A stretch of DNA of 61,920 nt, filler included, from Chiloscyllium plagiosum (GCF_004010195.1; 3 parts of one record of this genome joined end to end with filler, not necessarily neighbours in it); one strand, 5' to 3'; numbered from the whole stretch's first letter, positions 24,341 through 36,900 are shown. The notes: generated by a model not told the origin, from the letters alone. Made by a program: numbers and translations.

Positions 24341-25842
24341 TTGGCATCACATGTTGTACTCAGCTGCCATTTTTTGTGTTACCCTGTTTTTCATGCATTG
24401 CTTATGTTATTCTGGAATCTCATCCTTCATAAAATCCTGATTGAAATGCACACTCATGAACGTCTTCTCGACTGCTCGAATTTCATTCAGTCTGTTTTGT
24501 TTGAACAGACATTTCAAGGCAGCTGTACACCAGAGAAGAGCAGGAAAACATAATAGGTGATTGTGCACTGTTCCTGTCACCGGATCAGCATGTCTGTCCA
24601 GGAAGTATTTATTGTGGGTCAGAGAACCTCAATTATTATGGCATGGATGGAGGCCATTCAGCCCATTGTGGAGTCACAAGCTCTCCTACTGCACAATTGG
24701 AGATAGAGAGAGTTTGTGAAGAGAGATTATTTGAGAGAGAAATAAACAGAGAGAAAGCAAGTCAAGGGAGATAAACTGAGAATGTATAGCAAAACAAGCG
24801 ACTGACTAAGTGCGAGAGGCAGAGGTGTTAGATGAGGGTGAAGTTAGATAGATCAGAAGACTGCATTACGGTAGATAAATATGGACAGATGGAAGTTACA
24901 AGTTTTATTCAGAAATTCTTCCAGACGGCAAGTCCTTTGTCTGGGCGCCATACACTTTGAGCACTGTGTTGATACTGCCTGTCATCCCAGATTATGTATT
25001 TCCAACAATATCACAGAGTTCGGTTCCTGACAACTAAACAGAGCCCATTAGGCCCATACGTTGGTTCCATGGAGAAAGCAGATTTTTTAAATAGACTGTC
25101 CCAAAAGCAACAGGAAATGATAACCACCACCCCGCCTCCACGACACCCGCCCCCTACACACACCCCTCACCGATACTGTATGAGAGACTAGGCCAGAGAA
25201 TCTCAGTGAGGGGACTCACTGACAGGTGAAATCACGATCTTAGCTGTGGGTCAAATAATGATTGCTANNNNNNNNNNNNNNNNNNNNNNNNNNNNNNNNN
25301 NNNNNNNNNNNNNNNNNNNNNNNNNNNNNNNNNNNNNNNNNNNNNNNNNNNNNNNNNNNNNNNNNNNNNNNNNNNNNNNNNNNNNNNNNNNNNNNNNNNN
25401 NNNNNNNNNNNNNNNNNNNNNNNNNNNNNNNNNNNNNNNNNNNNNNNNNNNNNNNNNNNNNNNNNNNNNNNNNNNNNNNNNNNNNNNNNNNNNNNNNNNN
25501 NNNNNNNNNNNNNNNNNNNNNNNNNNNNNNNNNNNNNNNNNNNNNNNNNNNNNNNNNNNNNNNNNNNNNNNNNNNNNNNNNNNNNNNNNNNNNNNNNNNN
25601 NNNNNNNNNNNNNNNNNNNNNNNNNNNNNNNNNNNNNNNNNNNNNNNNNNNNNNNNNNNNNNNNNNNNNNNNNNNNNNNNNNNNNNNNNNNNNGTCAGTC
25701 TCCATGGATCGTATGCATCCCTAGACAGTTTCTCTCTTCTATCAATAAGGGAATTCTTTCAGTGTTTTACCCCATAGTGTGAGTGGAAGCATGTCCAACA
25801 GCAGGAAGTGGGGTTAGCAGCTTCAGAGAGAAGGGCAGGAGA

Positions 25843-26014
25843 GATGGAAATCTGGGAACATTAGACTGGAATGTTCCAACAATGGATAGGAGTTTATCCT
25901 ATGGTCTTTACTAGCTTTCCAAGCCTTGGATATCATTAGTATCGTGGATTGAATATGTACTGTTGGTTATTCAAGCTGGTTACTACCCTATCCTTGCTAT
26001 AGTTGGTGCTCCTG
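25843..26014 (+). pseudogene. GPR139-like GPCR exon 1, copy 2 (single in-frame TAG)
   Basis: ATG 25882: MDRSLSYGLY*LSKPWISLVSWIEYVLLVIQAGYYPILAIVGAP, then G/gtaagt (phase-1 donor). YYPILAIVGAP parallels the GPR139 TM1 segment YYSLLLCLGLP-AN. TAG at 25912 corresponds to TGG in copy 3. Confidence 0.75.
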
Positions 26015-27565
26015 GTAAGTCACTCTGTCTCTTTAGTGAAATGGTCTGAACGGAATCGATGCTCATGATATGCAGATTTTGGAAAGGTGCAAGCCAACGT
26101 TTTCAGCTCCAATTAAAAAGATTCCATTATTTAGAAATTATAACTAGCAAACTATTATTTACAAATTACTCACCAATACGCGAGGGTAAAACACACTGTT
26201 CTCAACCTCTGTTTCATTTTCTCCTACAAAGTGTACATCTCCATATCCTCCCCACATACCAGTCCTGTCCAGTACCACCATTAAGACGTCCACGCTCCTC
26301 CTCAGCCTCAGTTCAATTCCTGAATAAACCATCGTTTGTGCCTTTGTTAATTCCAGATACATCTGTTTCATGTCCCTTGTAAACATGTGTCCATTGCAAA
26401 ATAATTTCACTTGAGATGTTTAACTTGTTCTCTGCACAGACTCTGAAAGATGGGCAGACAGTGCATGGTGGGTCACGTCATTGGTTCGTATTCGAGAACC
26501 ACGGAATGATAATCTGTTGATATCGGCTTGCCTTATGCCCATTAGAGAAGGCAGTGGGTCATCCTTTCCTGGTCAAGTCGCTGTTTAACTGCAAACCCAC
26601 GACAATTTGTTTTACTATATATTGTCCTGTGGAACAGCTGAAACAGCCACTCAGTTCAAGATCGGCATAACATGCTGGCCTGACCATGGCTGCACACGTC
26701 CCGTGAGGACAGAACAACAGGAAAGGTAGCTCCCTTCCTCTGCCTGCATCCCATATTCCAACGGCTCATTTCCATTCAGGTAGGTAGCCATTCACTGTTT
26801 TAGATGTATTCTTTGTGATTGAGGATCTGCCAAGAGTGATGTCCATCTCCATGGGCACCTTTGGTGCTGGCCTACAGATGTAAGGATGTTTTTAAATTCT
26901 AATTCCGTGGCAGTGTATTGTAAATGAATTGTTTCCTGTGTCACAAGAAAGAAATGGAGCCAGCTAAGTGAGGGAAAGGAATTATTGTGATCAAACCTGA
27001 GAGTGTAGTTGAGGCAGTATTTGGGGTATTGTGGACAGACTTTCTTTCCTTTATATGGAGTGATTTCCTTACCACAGAGAGAGTTAAGAGGGATTCCACC
27101 AGATTAATCCCTGGGATGATGGCACCATGAGGAGTGAGTGAAGGTTGATCTGTAGCGCTGTGAGAGAATAAGACGTGATTGCATTGAACCCTGAGAGGGA
27201 TGGACAATCACATCTTATATTCGAAACAGACAATGGGAAGGTGTTAAATTCCATGACTGCTATTTCACTCAGGATGCATGATTCGGGATAGTTTAAGTGC
27301 CTGGGCGGACGTTACGCCCACCTACCCCAACCCCTACTCCCCATTGAGAGAGAGACAGAGAGGTCTAAGTTTTGAATAAACTCTCCCCACATTAATACAG
27401 TGCAGTTGGTGTGTGATCCTGCACTGAATGTCATATGATCCATCACCCCGACAGCAGCCACAGTACCTTCATTCTAAAACAGTTAACTATTCCCAACAGC
27501 ATCTGACATTCATGAAGAACATGAATCTATCTTCTCAGAGATGCAAGGTACTTCCTTAAGGTTTA

Positions 27566-30035
27566 GATCAGAAGACTATAAGACATTGAAGCATAAATTA
27601 GGACAGTTAACCCATTGGGTCTGCTCCGTCATTCAATCTTCGCTGATAGTTTTCTCAAACCCATTCTCCGACCTTCTCCTCGTAACCCTTCATCCCCTGG
27701 ACAATCAAAAACTCTCTATCTCCGTGTCAAATATATTCAATGACCTGACCCCACAGCCTTCTGTGGTAATAAATTTCAAAGATTCACCATTCTATGGTTA
27801 AATACCTTTCTCCTTATCACTGTTCTAAAATGTGTTCCCTTTCATTTAAGGCTGTGCCCTCGGATTCTAATCCAATGGAAACATCTTATCAACATCCACT
27901 CTCTCCAGGTCATTCAGTATCCTGCCTATTTCAAAGACATTCCCTCTAATCCTCTCAAACTATCTCAAGTATAGACCCAGAGTATTCAAACATTCCTCAT
28001 GATATAAGCTTTTCATTCCTATGACAATTCTCGTAAAAATCTTCTGAACACGCTCCAGAACCAGTACATCCTTCCTGAAGTATGGAGCTCAAAAATGAGC
28101 ACAATACTCCAAATGTGGTCTGACCAGAGCGGTATACATTCAGTTCTTATATTCAATTCTTCTCGTATTAAATGCTCCCAATCATAATTGCAATTGCCCT
28201 CCTAACTACTGCCTCAACCTGCAGGCTTACCTTGAGAGAACGCTGTACTAGAACTCCCAAGTCCCTTTGCAATTCAGATTTCTGAATTTTCTCGCCATTT
28301 AGAAAATAAACCATGTCTCTATTCTTCGTGTGAAAGTGCATGACCTCACTCTTTCCAACGTTGGAATGCATCTGACGATCTCTTTACCTGTCCAAATCCT
28401 TGTTCCGCCTCTCCGCTTCCTCAATACGACCTGACCATCTCCCTATCTTCGTATCGTCTGCAAACGTAACCAGAGTGCCCTCAATTCCCTCATCTAGATT
28501 CGTTAATGTAACAAGTAAAAAATTATGATTCCAACACTGAGCATTCTGGATCACCAATTGTCCCCGGCTGCCATCCTGAGATGTACTCTAATATACCCAC
28601 TCTCTGCTTTCTGCCAGACTGATAAGCTTCTATCCATGCCACTACCTTAACTCTAACACCACGGACCCTAATCATACTCAGTAATCTCCTGTGTGACACC
28701 TTGTCAAAGGCCTTCTTGAATTCTAGATGGATAACATCCATTGGCTGTGCTTGGTCGAGCTGCTCATTTCCTCTTCAACGAATTCCAATAGATTTGTCAG
28801 GCATTAACTTGCCTTGATGAAATCATGCCAACTTTGCACTATTTTACCAAACACTTTCAAGTATTCAGAAATCTCATCCGTCACAATGGATTCCAGGATC
28901 TTACCCATGACCGAGGTTAAACTATTCATCGTGTTTTTTTTTTGTCTTTTTCCTTACTCCCTTGTTAAAAAGGGTTAGAAGGTTTCCAGTGCTCTGGGAT
29001 CGTTCCTTACTCCAGTGATTCCTGAAAGATAACCACGATTGCCTCCACTCCCTCTTCAGCTAACTCCCTTATAATACTGGAATGTAGTCCATCTGGTGAA
29101 GGTTATATACCCACCTTCGGGACATTACATCTTTTTCTAGCATATTCTCCATGGTGGGGGCCATCATACTCAGCTCTGGCCCCTCAATCTCTTGAATGTT
29201 TAAGGTATTACTCGTGCCTTCCACCATGAAAGCTGATGCAAAGCAATTATTCAGTTCCTTGGCCATTTTCTCGTTCCCCACTGCTATCTCTCCAGTATCA
29301 TTTTCCAGCAGTCCAATGTTCACTTTTGCCGCTCTTTTGTCCTTTATATTTTGAAAGAAACTGTTACAGGCTTCCTTTCTCTTCCTGGCTAGCTTACCCC
29401 CATATTTAATAATTTCCATCCTTATTTTATTTTGTTTGCCCTCTGTTTTGTCTTTGCATGCTTTCCAACCCTCAGGTTTCCCACTGCCCCTCGCCACATT
29501 ATCTCCTTTCTCTTTTGCTTTTATGCTGTACCTGTCTTCTCTAGTCAGCTCTGGTTGTCCCATCCTCCAAGTACAAGCCTCTTTTTCCTCAGGATAAATC
29601 TCTGCTGTATCCTGAATTACTCCAAAACTCTATTGCCATTGCTGTTGCACTGTTTTCCTGCTGGGCCAGTCTCCCAGTCAATTCTACCCAGCTCCTCACT
29701 CATGTCTGTGTAATGGCCTTTATTCAGCTGTAATACCGTTACTTCTGATTCTAACTTCTCCATCTGAAATAACAGAGTAAGTTCAATCATATTATGATCA
29801 CTGTCACTGTCATGTAGTCTACCTGCACAAGCTGCTCCAAAAGCCATCACGTAGAAATTCCACAAATTCCTTTTCCTGCCAACCACTACCAATCTGAATT
29901 CCCAGTCCATCTGTATAATAAAATCCCACATTATCACTGTAACTTTGCCTTTCCTACAGATCTTTCTAGCTCCTGGTGTATCTTACACCCCAGCTCCCTA
30001 TATATAACTCCAACTGCATTTTCCCACCTTTTTGA
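27566..30035 (-). mobile_element. Long decayed CR1 ORF2 (APE to 3' tail), continuing across the gap to an ORF1 fragment at 30537-30735
   Basis: SDHNMIEL, MDVIHLEFKKAFDKVSH, NVGKSEVMHF...QRDLGVLV. Confidence 0.88.
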
Positions 30036-30739
30036 TNNNNNNNNNNNNNNNNNNNNNNNNNNNNNNNNNNNNNNNNNNNNNNNNNNNNNNNNNNNNNNNN
30101 NNNNNNNNNNNNNNNNNNNNNNNNNNNNNNNNNNNNNNNNNNNNNNNNNNNNNNNNNNNNNNNNNNNNNNNNNNNNNNNNNNNNNNNNNNNNNNNNNNNN
30201 NNNNNNNNNNNNNNNNNNNNNNNNNNNNNNNNNNNNNNNNNNNNNNNNNNNNNNNNNNNNNNNNNNNNNNNNNNNNNNNNNNNNNNNNNNNNNNNNNNNN
30301 NNNNNNNNNNNNNNNNNNNNNNNNNNNNNNNNNNNNNNNNNNNNNNNNNNNNNNNNNNNNNNNNNNNNNNNNNNNNNNNNNNNNNNNNNNNNNNNNNNNN
30401 NNNNNNNNNNNNNNNNNNNNNNNNNNNNNNNNNNNNNNNNNNNNNNNNNNNNNNNNNNNNNNNNNNNNNNNNNNNNNNNNNNNNNNNNNNNNNNNNNNNN
30501 NNNNNNNNNNNNNNNNNNNNNNNNNNNNNNNNNNNNTGTCATTTGTTTGTCCAGCCGTTGGTACCTACATGGACCCTGACCACTGGATCATTCCCCTCCC
30601 ACTACAAGTTCTGCAACCCAGATGATATATCCCAAACCAGAGCACCATGTAGACAACACAACCTTCAGAACTCTTAATCCCGATCACGGAGAACAGTATC
30701 TATGCTTTTAACTATACTTATCCCCAATTATCCCTCCTT

Positions 30740-30880
30740 GGGCAGCCTGGTGACACAGCAATGCTGCCTCACAGTGCTAGGGACTTGGGTTCATTTCCAA
30801 TTTCTGGACCCTGGCTGTGTGGACTTTGTACATTCTTCCCGTGTCTGCATTGGGAGCATTAACTCTTTACGCTCTCCACA
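30740..30880 (+). mobile_element. Degenerate HE1-like V-SINE 5' part
   Basis: gctgcctcacagtgctagggacttgggttcatttcc...tgtgtggactttgtacattcttcccgtgtctgc. Confidence 0.6.
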
Positions 30881-31046
30881 GTACGTTTCTGTGTTTGCTT
30901 CAGATTTCTACCATCTACAGTATTTTTGCTTTTGTTCGATGGAAAAATGCAGCAAATGTGAAAGGTTTTTGTAAAAGTAGCTGTGGTTCGCGGGTTCCTC
31001 TGGGCGTTTAGGAATCTTGCCCGGCCACTTGTCTGAGGAGAGATCA

Positions 31047-31338
31047 CAGAATCTGAGAGAATTAGACTGGAATGTTCCAACAATGGATCAGAATCTAAGA
31101 GCATTCGACTTGAATGTTCCAACAATGGATAGAATCTGAGAGCATTAGACTGGAATGTTCCAACAATCGTTCAGAATCTGAGAGAATTAGACTGGAATGT
31201 TCCAACAATGGATCAGAATCTAAGAGCATTCGACTTGAATGTTCCAACAATGGATAGAATCTGAGAGCATTAGACTGGAATGTTCCAACAATGGATCCGA
31301 ATCTGAGAACATTGGACTGGAATGTTCCAACAATGGAC
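31047..31338 (+). repeat. Seven 41/42-bp tandem units encoding a 14-aa GPCR N-terminal repeat (QNLRxxDxNVPTMD)
   Basis: Units start at 31047, 31089, 31131, 31172, 31214, 31256 and 31297. Units 1-3 are repeated as units 4-6 (125-bp higher-order repeat). Confidence 0.92.
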
Positions 31339-31464
31339 AGGAGTTTGTCCTTGGGTCTTTACTGGCTTTCTCAGCCTTGGATATCTTTAGCATATCGGAT
31401 CCAGGATATACTTTGGATTATTCAAGGTGGTTAATTTCCATCCTCACGATAGTTGGTGTTCCTG
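31291..31464 (+). pseudogene. GPR139-like GPCR exon 1, copy 3 (TAA plus a 1-nt deletion)
   Basis: MDPNLRTLDWNVPT-MDRSLSLGLYWLSQPWISLAYRIQDILWIIQGG*(31432), then frameshifted ILTIVGVP and G/gtaagt. Confidence 0.75.
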
Positions 31465-33446
31465 GTAAGTCATTATATTTGTCTACTAAACCGGGTTGAA
31501 CTGAGTTTCTGTTCATGATCTGTACATTTGGGAAAGTGCAAGTCAATATCTTCAGTTCCAAACAAAAATTCCTTTCCTTATATATTATAACTGTCAAACT
31601 ACAATTTATAAATTACTCACTGATATGCGAGAAGGAACCAGACTCTTCTCAAACTCCATAATCCATTTTGTCCTTCACAGATTTACATTTCTATGTCCTC
31701 TACACTCACTAATCCTGTCCAATACCACCATCATGATATCCCAGTCTCGTCCTCGGTCTCAGTGCAATATCTGAATAAACCATTTATGCTTTTGTTCAAT
31801 CCGGATGCAACAGTTTCACGTTCCTTCTAACCACATGTCCGTCACTGAATAATTGTTATTGAGAATGTTTAACTTGTTCTCTGCACATAAGGGAAGACAG
31901 TCTATTTTGGTCAAGCCATTGACTCATAATCTAGAGCCACAGAATAATGGTCTGTTGAAAGCTCATGAAGGAAATTGAGGAGTTTAAAGTCAACCATTAT
32001 CATTTGATATAAAAACCAATCTGCTTGCCTCAAGTCCTTTAGGGAAGTCAATGTGTCATGCTTCCCTCGTCAGGTTTCCGTGTGACTTCTTTGATGAACA
32101 TGTGGGTGTACTGTACCTTTAAGATAATTAAGAGCCAGCAATAACTGCCTGACAGCACCAAGCGTTCGGAAAAAGAGATATAATGTAACCTTTGGTTGAA
32201 CAACTCAATTAGCTCATTGTCTCGAGACAAAAACAAATTAAGTAAAACAATTTAAATTATACCCCAAAATACCCATCTCCAATCAAGTTTGAATTTAGTA
32301 TATTGACAATCGTAAAGGCCAATGACACAATCCAATGGTTTGGGCGTACAAGACAGTGGAAAATTGAACAATTGAGAGGAGAACTGCCAAGCTACCAGCA
32401 TGCAAAATAGCTCTCTTAAAGGTACTTGTATTGATTAGTAACTGTTGAAGCAGAATCCCCAAGAAGAAACGAAGACAGAAAAATGGAGAACAACTGAAAG
32501 CTTCCTGGTTTTGAGATTAGAAATTTTGTTTTGTAAATCTTAATTAGCAGTCTTATCGACTAGTATTATGGAGGGGGAAGGTCAAAGACAGGTTAGAGGA
32601 AGAAGTTATAAATAGTCGTTCTTTTATTAGTCTCTGTTATACTTTAAGAAATATAGCTGTTAAGTTTTACTCTAGAATTTGGACTCTCGAATTATCACAG
32701 ATTACTGCATGGGATAAATCTTTTCTCTGTTGCTGATTTTAATTAAGCAGGAGAATGTATCCTTTGTTGTAACACTACAACCACCAGCAATGTGTTTTAC
32801 TCTTTACTGTTCCGTGAAACAACTGAACCAGCTACTCAGTTCAAGATCGTCATAACATGCTGGCCTGAGCAGGGCTGCATACATCCTGTGAGAGAAGAAC
32901 AAAAGTAAAGATAGCTCCCTCTGCCTGTTTCCCGTATTCCTACAGCTCATTTCTATTCAGGTTCGTGATCATCCCCTAATTTAGGTGTATTCAATCTCAT
33001 TGTAGTTCTCCCCGAGAGTGATGCATGTCTCCATACGCATCTCTGGCGCTAGCTTTATTGATGCTGACGTACAGGGACTTGTAAATTCCATATCAGACGT
33101 AGTGCACGGAGAGGGAATGGCTTTTTGTGGCACAGGAAAATAATGGCGATATCTAAGTGAGAGAAAAGGATTATTGCGATCATCCCTGAGAGTGTTGTTG
33201 AGGCTGTATTTGGCGGACTGGGGATAGAATTTCTCTCAAGTTTCACGAGACTAATCCCTGGATGACGGCACCATGAGCAGTGAGAGAATAAGAGGTGATT
33301 ACATTGAACATTAAGGGGGATGGCCAATCGCTCATGATTTTCTAAACAGGCACTGATACGGAGATAAATTCGATGTTTTTTTTCATCCAGGTTACATGAT
33401 TCTCGATAGTTTAAGAATCCAACTGCACCCATTCCCTGTTTTGATT

Positions 33447-33484
<38 letters not shown>

Positions 33485-33690
33485 GAGGGGTTCAGGCTTT
33501 TGAATAAACTCTCCCAAAATCAATACAGTTCAATTGGTGTGTGATCCTGCAATGAACGTCATGTTATTCAAAATCCCAACAGCAACACAGTGCCTTTATT
33601 ATAAAAGAGTTAACTCTTCCCAACAACTTCTGACCTTCATGGAGAACATGGGTGTGTCTTCTCGGAGTTGCAAGATGCCTCCTTGAGACT
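31300..33690 (+). repeat. Segmental duplicate of 25850-27565 (GPCR exon 1 plus proximal intron), with a solo LTR added
   Basis: Collinear matches, e.g. ctcagttcaagatcg(g/t)cataacatgctggcctga at about 26650 and 32835, and tttgaataaactctcc at about 27372 and 33499. Confidence 0.85.
32090..32774 (+). mobile_element. Solo LTR (about 685 bp) with a degenerate 4-bp TSD
   Basis: Ends in TGTAACA and starts tttgatgaaca (decayed TG start). Flanks are cttc/ctac; the paralogous empty site at about 26589 has a single ctgc. Confidence 0.7.
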
Positions 33691-33839
33691 TGACATAAAG
33701 CATTTGTCTTCGCTCCTCACTGCCAGCAAATCGTTTTAAAATAGCACACGTTCTACAAACAATGGAGCCATGATTAGCACCATAGAGCCTTATAGCAGTC
33801 CAGTCTCAATTTCAATGGTTTGTCATGTTGGACTATCAA

Positions 33840-34120
33840 TGACACTCTCCTGTTCCTATATAACTGTCTCGTGGGGCTGAATAGCCTCCTCCAGGTCTCC
33901 TGGAACAGGTTTAAAGGTCTGACTGGGCTCTGCCTGTTCCTGTTTAACAGCTCGATGTACTGACCAGACCCCTTGTCTTTCTGTGGAACAGGCAGGAGGA
34001 TTGAATGGACTGTCCCTCTTCTTGTTCAGTAGTTTCCACGGGCGGAATGGTTTCCATATATCAGTGTGTAACCATTTTGAGATGCTGAATGAGCTCCTCT
34101 TTTAACTGTGGAAATGTGCA
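33840..34120. repeat. Degenerate tandem repeat of about 43 bp resembling a LINE 3' tail
   Basis: Recurrent g(g)ctgaat(g/a)gcctcctcctgttcctgt...aacag-like motifs. Confidence 0.45.
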
Positions 34121-34134
34121 GTGTCTGGCAGCGC

Positions 34135-34570
34135 TGTTACATGAACAGTACCGACACTTTAACAGCACAAACCCGAATGCTGTCTGGGACTTGCTGCACA
34201 TGGACACAGAATGGTTCAAGAGCTGATGGGGGACGCAATGTTCTGAACATTGTGTGATCTTCAGTCATCATCCCCACTTCAGATCTTATGATGGGGAAAG
34301 ACATTGATGGAGCAGCTGAAGATGTTTGTGCTGAGGAGGTTAACCTGAGGATCTCCTGTAGAGATGTCCCGGAACTGAGAGGATTGTTGACCACTGACCA
34401 CAAGAATCTTTCTTTGTGCTATGAAAGACCCAGACAAGTGTGGAGTTACACCTGATTCCCATTTGGCTCAAGTAAGTAGATGGTCGCGATGCCATCCTCA
34501 GTCAAATACTGCCTTGATATCAAAGCCATTCACTCTTTCCTGAGCCCCTGTGTTCACCGCTTGTTCATAT
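34135..34570 (-). mobile_element. RT fragment of the same LINE family as 1-3065
   Basis: IIRSEVGMMTEDHTMFRT matches SIIRSEVGIFDDDCIMFST at 21737-21991. Confidence 0.7.
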
Positions 34571-36299
34571 CAATAGGTGACAATGTATATGAAGGAAGTG
34601 TTTTCCTCTCACAGAGGGTAATCACTGTCAGGAATTATCTGGGCTAGAGAGTTATGCGAGCTACATCACTGAACGTATATAAGGAGAGATAGATGGATTT
34701 TGACCTGTCAGAGAGCTAAGGGGTGTGACGAATTCGGCATTAAAGAGGAGTTAATGTCAACAATAGATCAACCATGATTGTAAACAATGGCTTGATCGTC
34801 CGAATTACCGATCCTGTTCCTTATGTCCTCATAGTATTTAATTACAAAGATAATGCATGTAATTTTCCTGAACGTTCTGTTATTGCATGTTGCAATTAGA
34901 GAGAGTAACGTATTTTGTGAATGATTTCTGGGTGAGGTATGTGGGCTGTATTCACAGGGAATCTGGGTCTATAATATGACCAACAAATGAAGCACAAGTT
35001 GCAGAGAGGAGACACTCTGTAAAGAGACCATAGGCGTATTTCGAACCCAGCCTCGATTTACCAATAACATTTTCCAAGCCACACCAAACCATGTGTGACA
35101 GTCTGGAGGGAATGAATGATATCCTGTGTTACTGTGGACTAGGTATTTGGAGGAAGTGGCCTCCATCTGCTCCTTGCAGAAACGATGAGGGGATGAATGG
35201 AACATAGGAACATAGAACTCAACAGCCGGAGTGGGCCATTAGACACTTTGTCACCTTTCCACCGCGCACAAAGATCATGGATGATGTGATTGTGGTCTCA
35301 ACAGCACTTTCTGAATGTATACCATTTTCCTAAATTCACTTGCCTGTCAAATGTCACCAAATACAACTTTGAATAAATGTAAACATCCAGGCACCACACA
35401 CTTCTGGGGAAGGGAATTTTCACTTGAACAGCCCTTTGAGAATTTCTCATTTGTGTTCCAGACAGAGTTGGTGGGTCACTGTTTCCTTTTTCAGTCCCAC
35501 TCCTCCACTGGTTACACCAATCTTAAATGCAACCAGTTTACTGATGTGGCCAATGGTATAGGTCTCAGAGTAGGTCATTTTCTAGAAAAATGTGAGACAC
35601 AGAAAGTTGAACTCATAACGAATGTTAAAATGATAGATTGTGCCAACCGTTATTGTGCCTTTGAAGTTATCCTGCTGACATAATATACTGATAGTGGTAT
35701 TTCTTTCTTGAACAGTTGGATTTGGCTGATTTCCCTTTGTTTCAGATCGTGGAGAGATTCCAATGAATTCTCACCAGGAATCGTTCACAAGTAGTAAAGA
35801 TAACTCAGGGATTTTCTGGTCACACACTTTGCTATCGGGCGGAACAAAGTAAGAGAGAAGGATCAATCGGCTGCTGCTTCTCAGGCAGGGAACATATTTC
35901 TTCCTCTTTGTGTTGGAACATACAATAATGTCAACTGAACACCAATCTGGGCGATGTGTGCTCTCCTTGAACATTCTCTGGAAAACTTGATTATAGATTA
36001 TATGCAAATGCGTCATTCCTTTCAATCGCAAAAATTGTCCCCACGTTTTAATTTGATGACATGCTTACATGGGTCTGTGTAAGTTGTAAATATTGGTAGG
36101 TGTCATCATAGTATGTGTGCTAATATCAATACATATTTTTCTTAAAATTTATTTTCTAGCTTTAGTCTCCCTGACAAGAGATAATATGCATCCAGTTTAT
36201 ACACTTTCAGAAAGTCATGGATGGTTCAATACTATTTCTCAGCTGAGATCGAAACTGATAATCCCCCATAACAAAAGGCCGGTATTCAAGGAATGAGTA

Positions 36300-36900
36300 A
36301 AGGGAAACCTCTTTAAAAATCTTCGAAAAGAATTATATCCTTTCATTTTAGTTTAGGGGATCAAACCTGCACACAGTACATCAGGTGTGGTCTCAGCAAT
36401 GCCCTGTACAGATGCAGTTAAACATTCCTGCAATTAAACCTGGTACCTTTTGCCAAAAACAGCAACATTCCACTTACCTCCCAAATCACTTGCTGCATCT
36501 GCAGACTGACTTCATATGATTCATGTACCAAGAACATGGAAACCGCCTGAATCACAGAGTTCTGCAATCTCTCTCCATTTAAATTGTTCACCATTGTTTC
36601 ATCCTTCATGCCAAACTAGACAACTTACCTTATGTTATTTCTGCTGAAGGTTTGCTCACTTACCTTCCCTGCCTATATCACAATGCAGACTCACTCCCTC
36701 CATTTGACGACACATTGAATGACTATCTTGGTGTATGAGCTAATTGAACTCCAAGCCATTCCCTCCCCATCCTCCAGATCTTTGATACAGATTATTTGTC
36801 ATTAATGACCCCACAGTGATCTCTGAGGCACTCCATCAGTTACAGCTTTGCAACCTGCAAATAAACATTTGTCTTTATTCTCTATATTCTGTTAGCGATA
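36300..36900 (-). mobile_element. Old CR1 RT/3' fragment
   Basis: LNGERLQNSVIQ...LVHES...QMQQVI (ORF 36418-36609). Confidence 0.65.

Noticed and set aside
25246..25782. Long ORFs spanning N runs (also near 30.0, 41.8, 51.8 and 55.4 kb)
   Set aside because: They are open only because the gaps translate as X.
31047..31338. CRISPR-like array
   Set aside because: Units are contiguous with no unique spacers, there are no cas genes, and the context is vertebrate. It is a coding-type minisatellite.
35746..36296. Possible exons after tttcag (35746) and ttctag (36160); similar candidates near 6545, 7870 and 8678
   Set aside because: Short open frames with plausible splice signals but no recognisable domain or consistent phase chain; not distinguishable from chance by eye.
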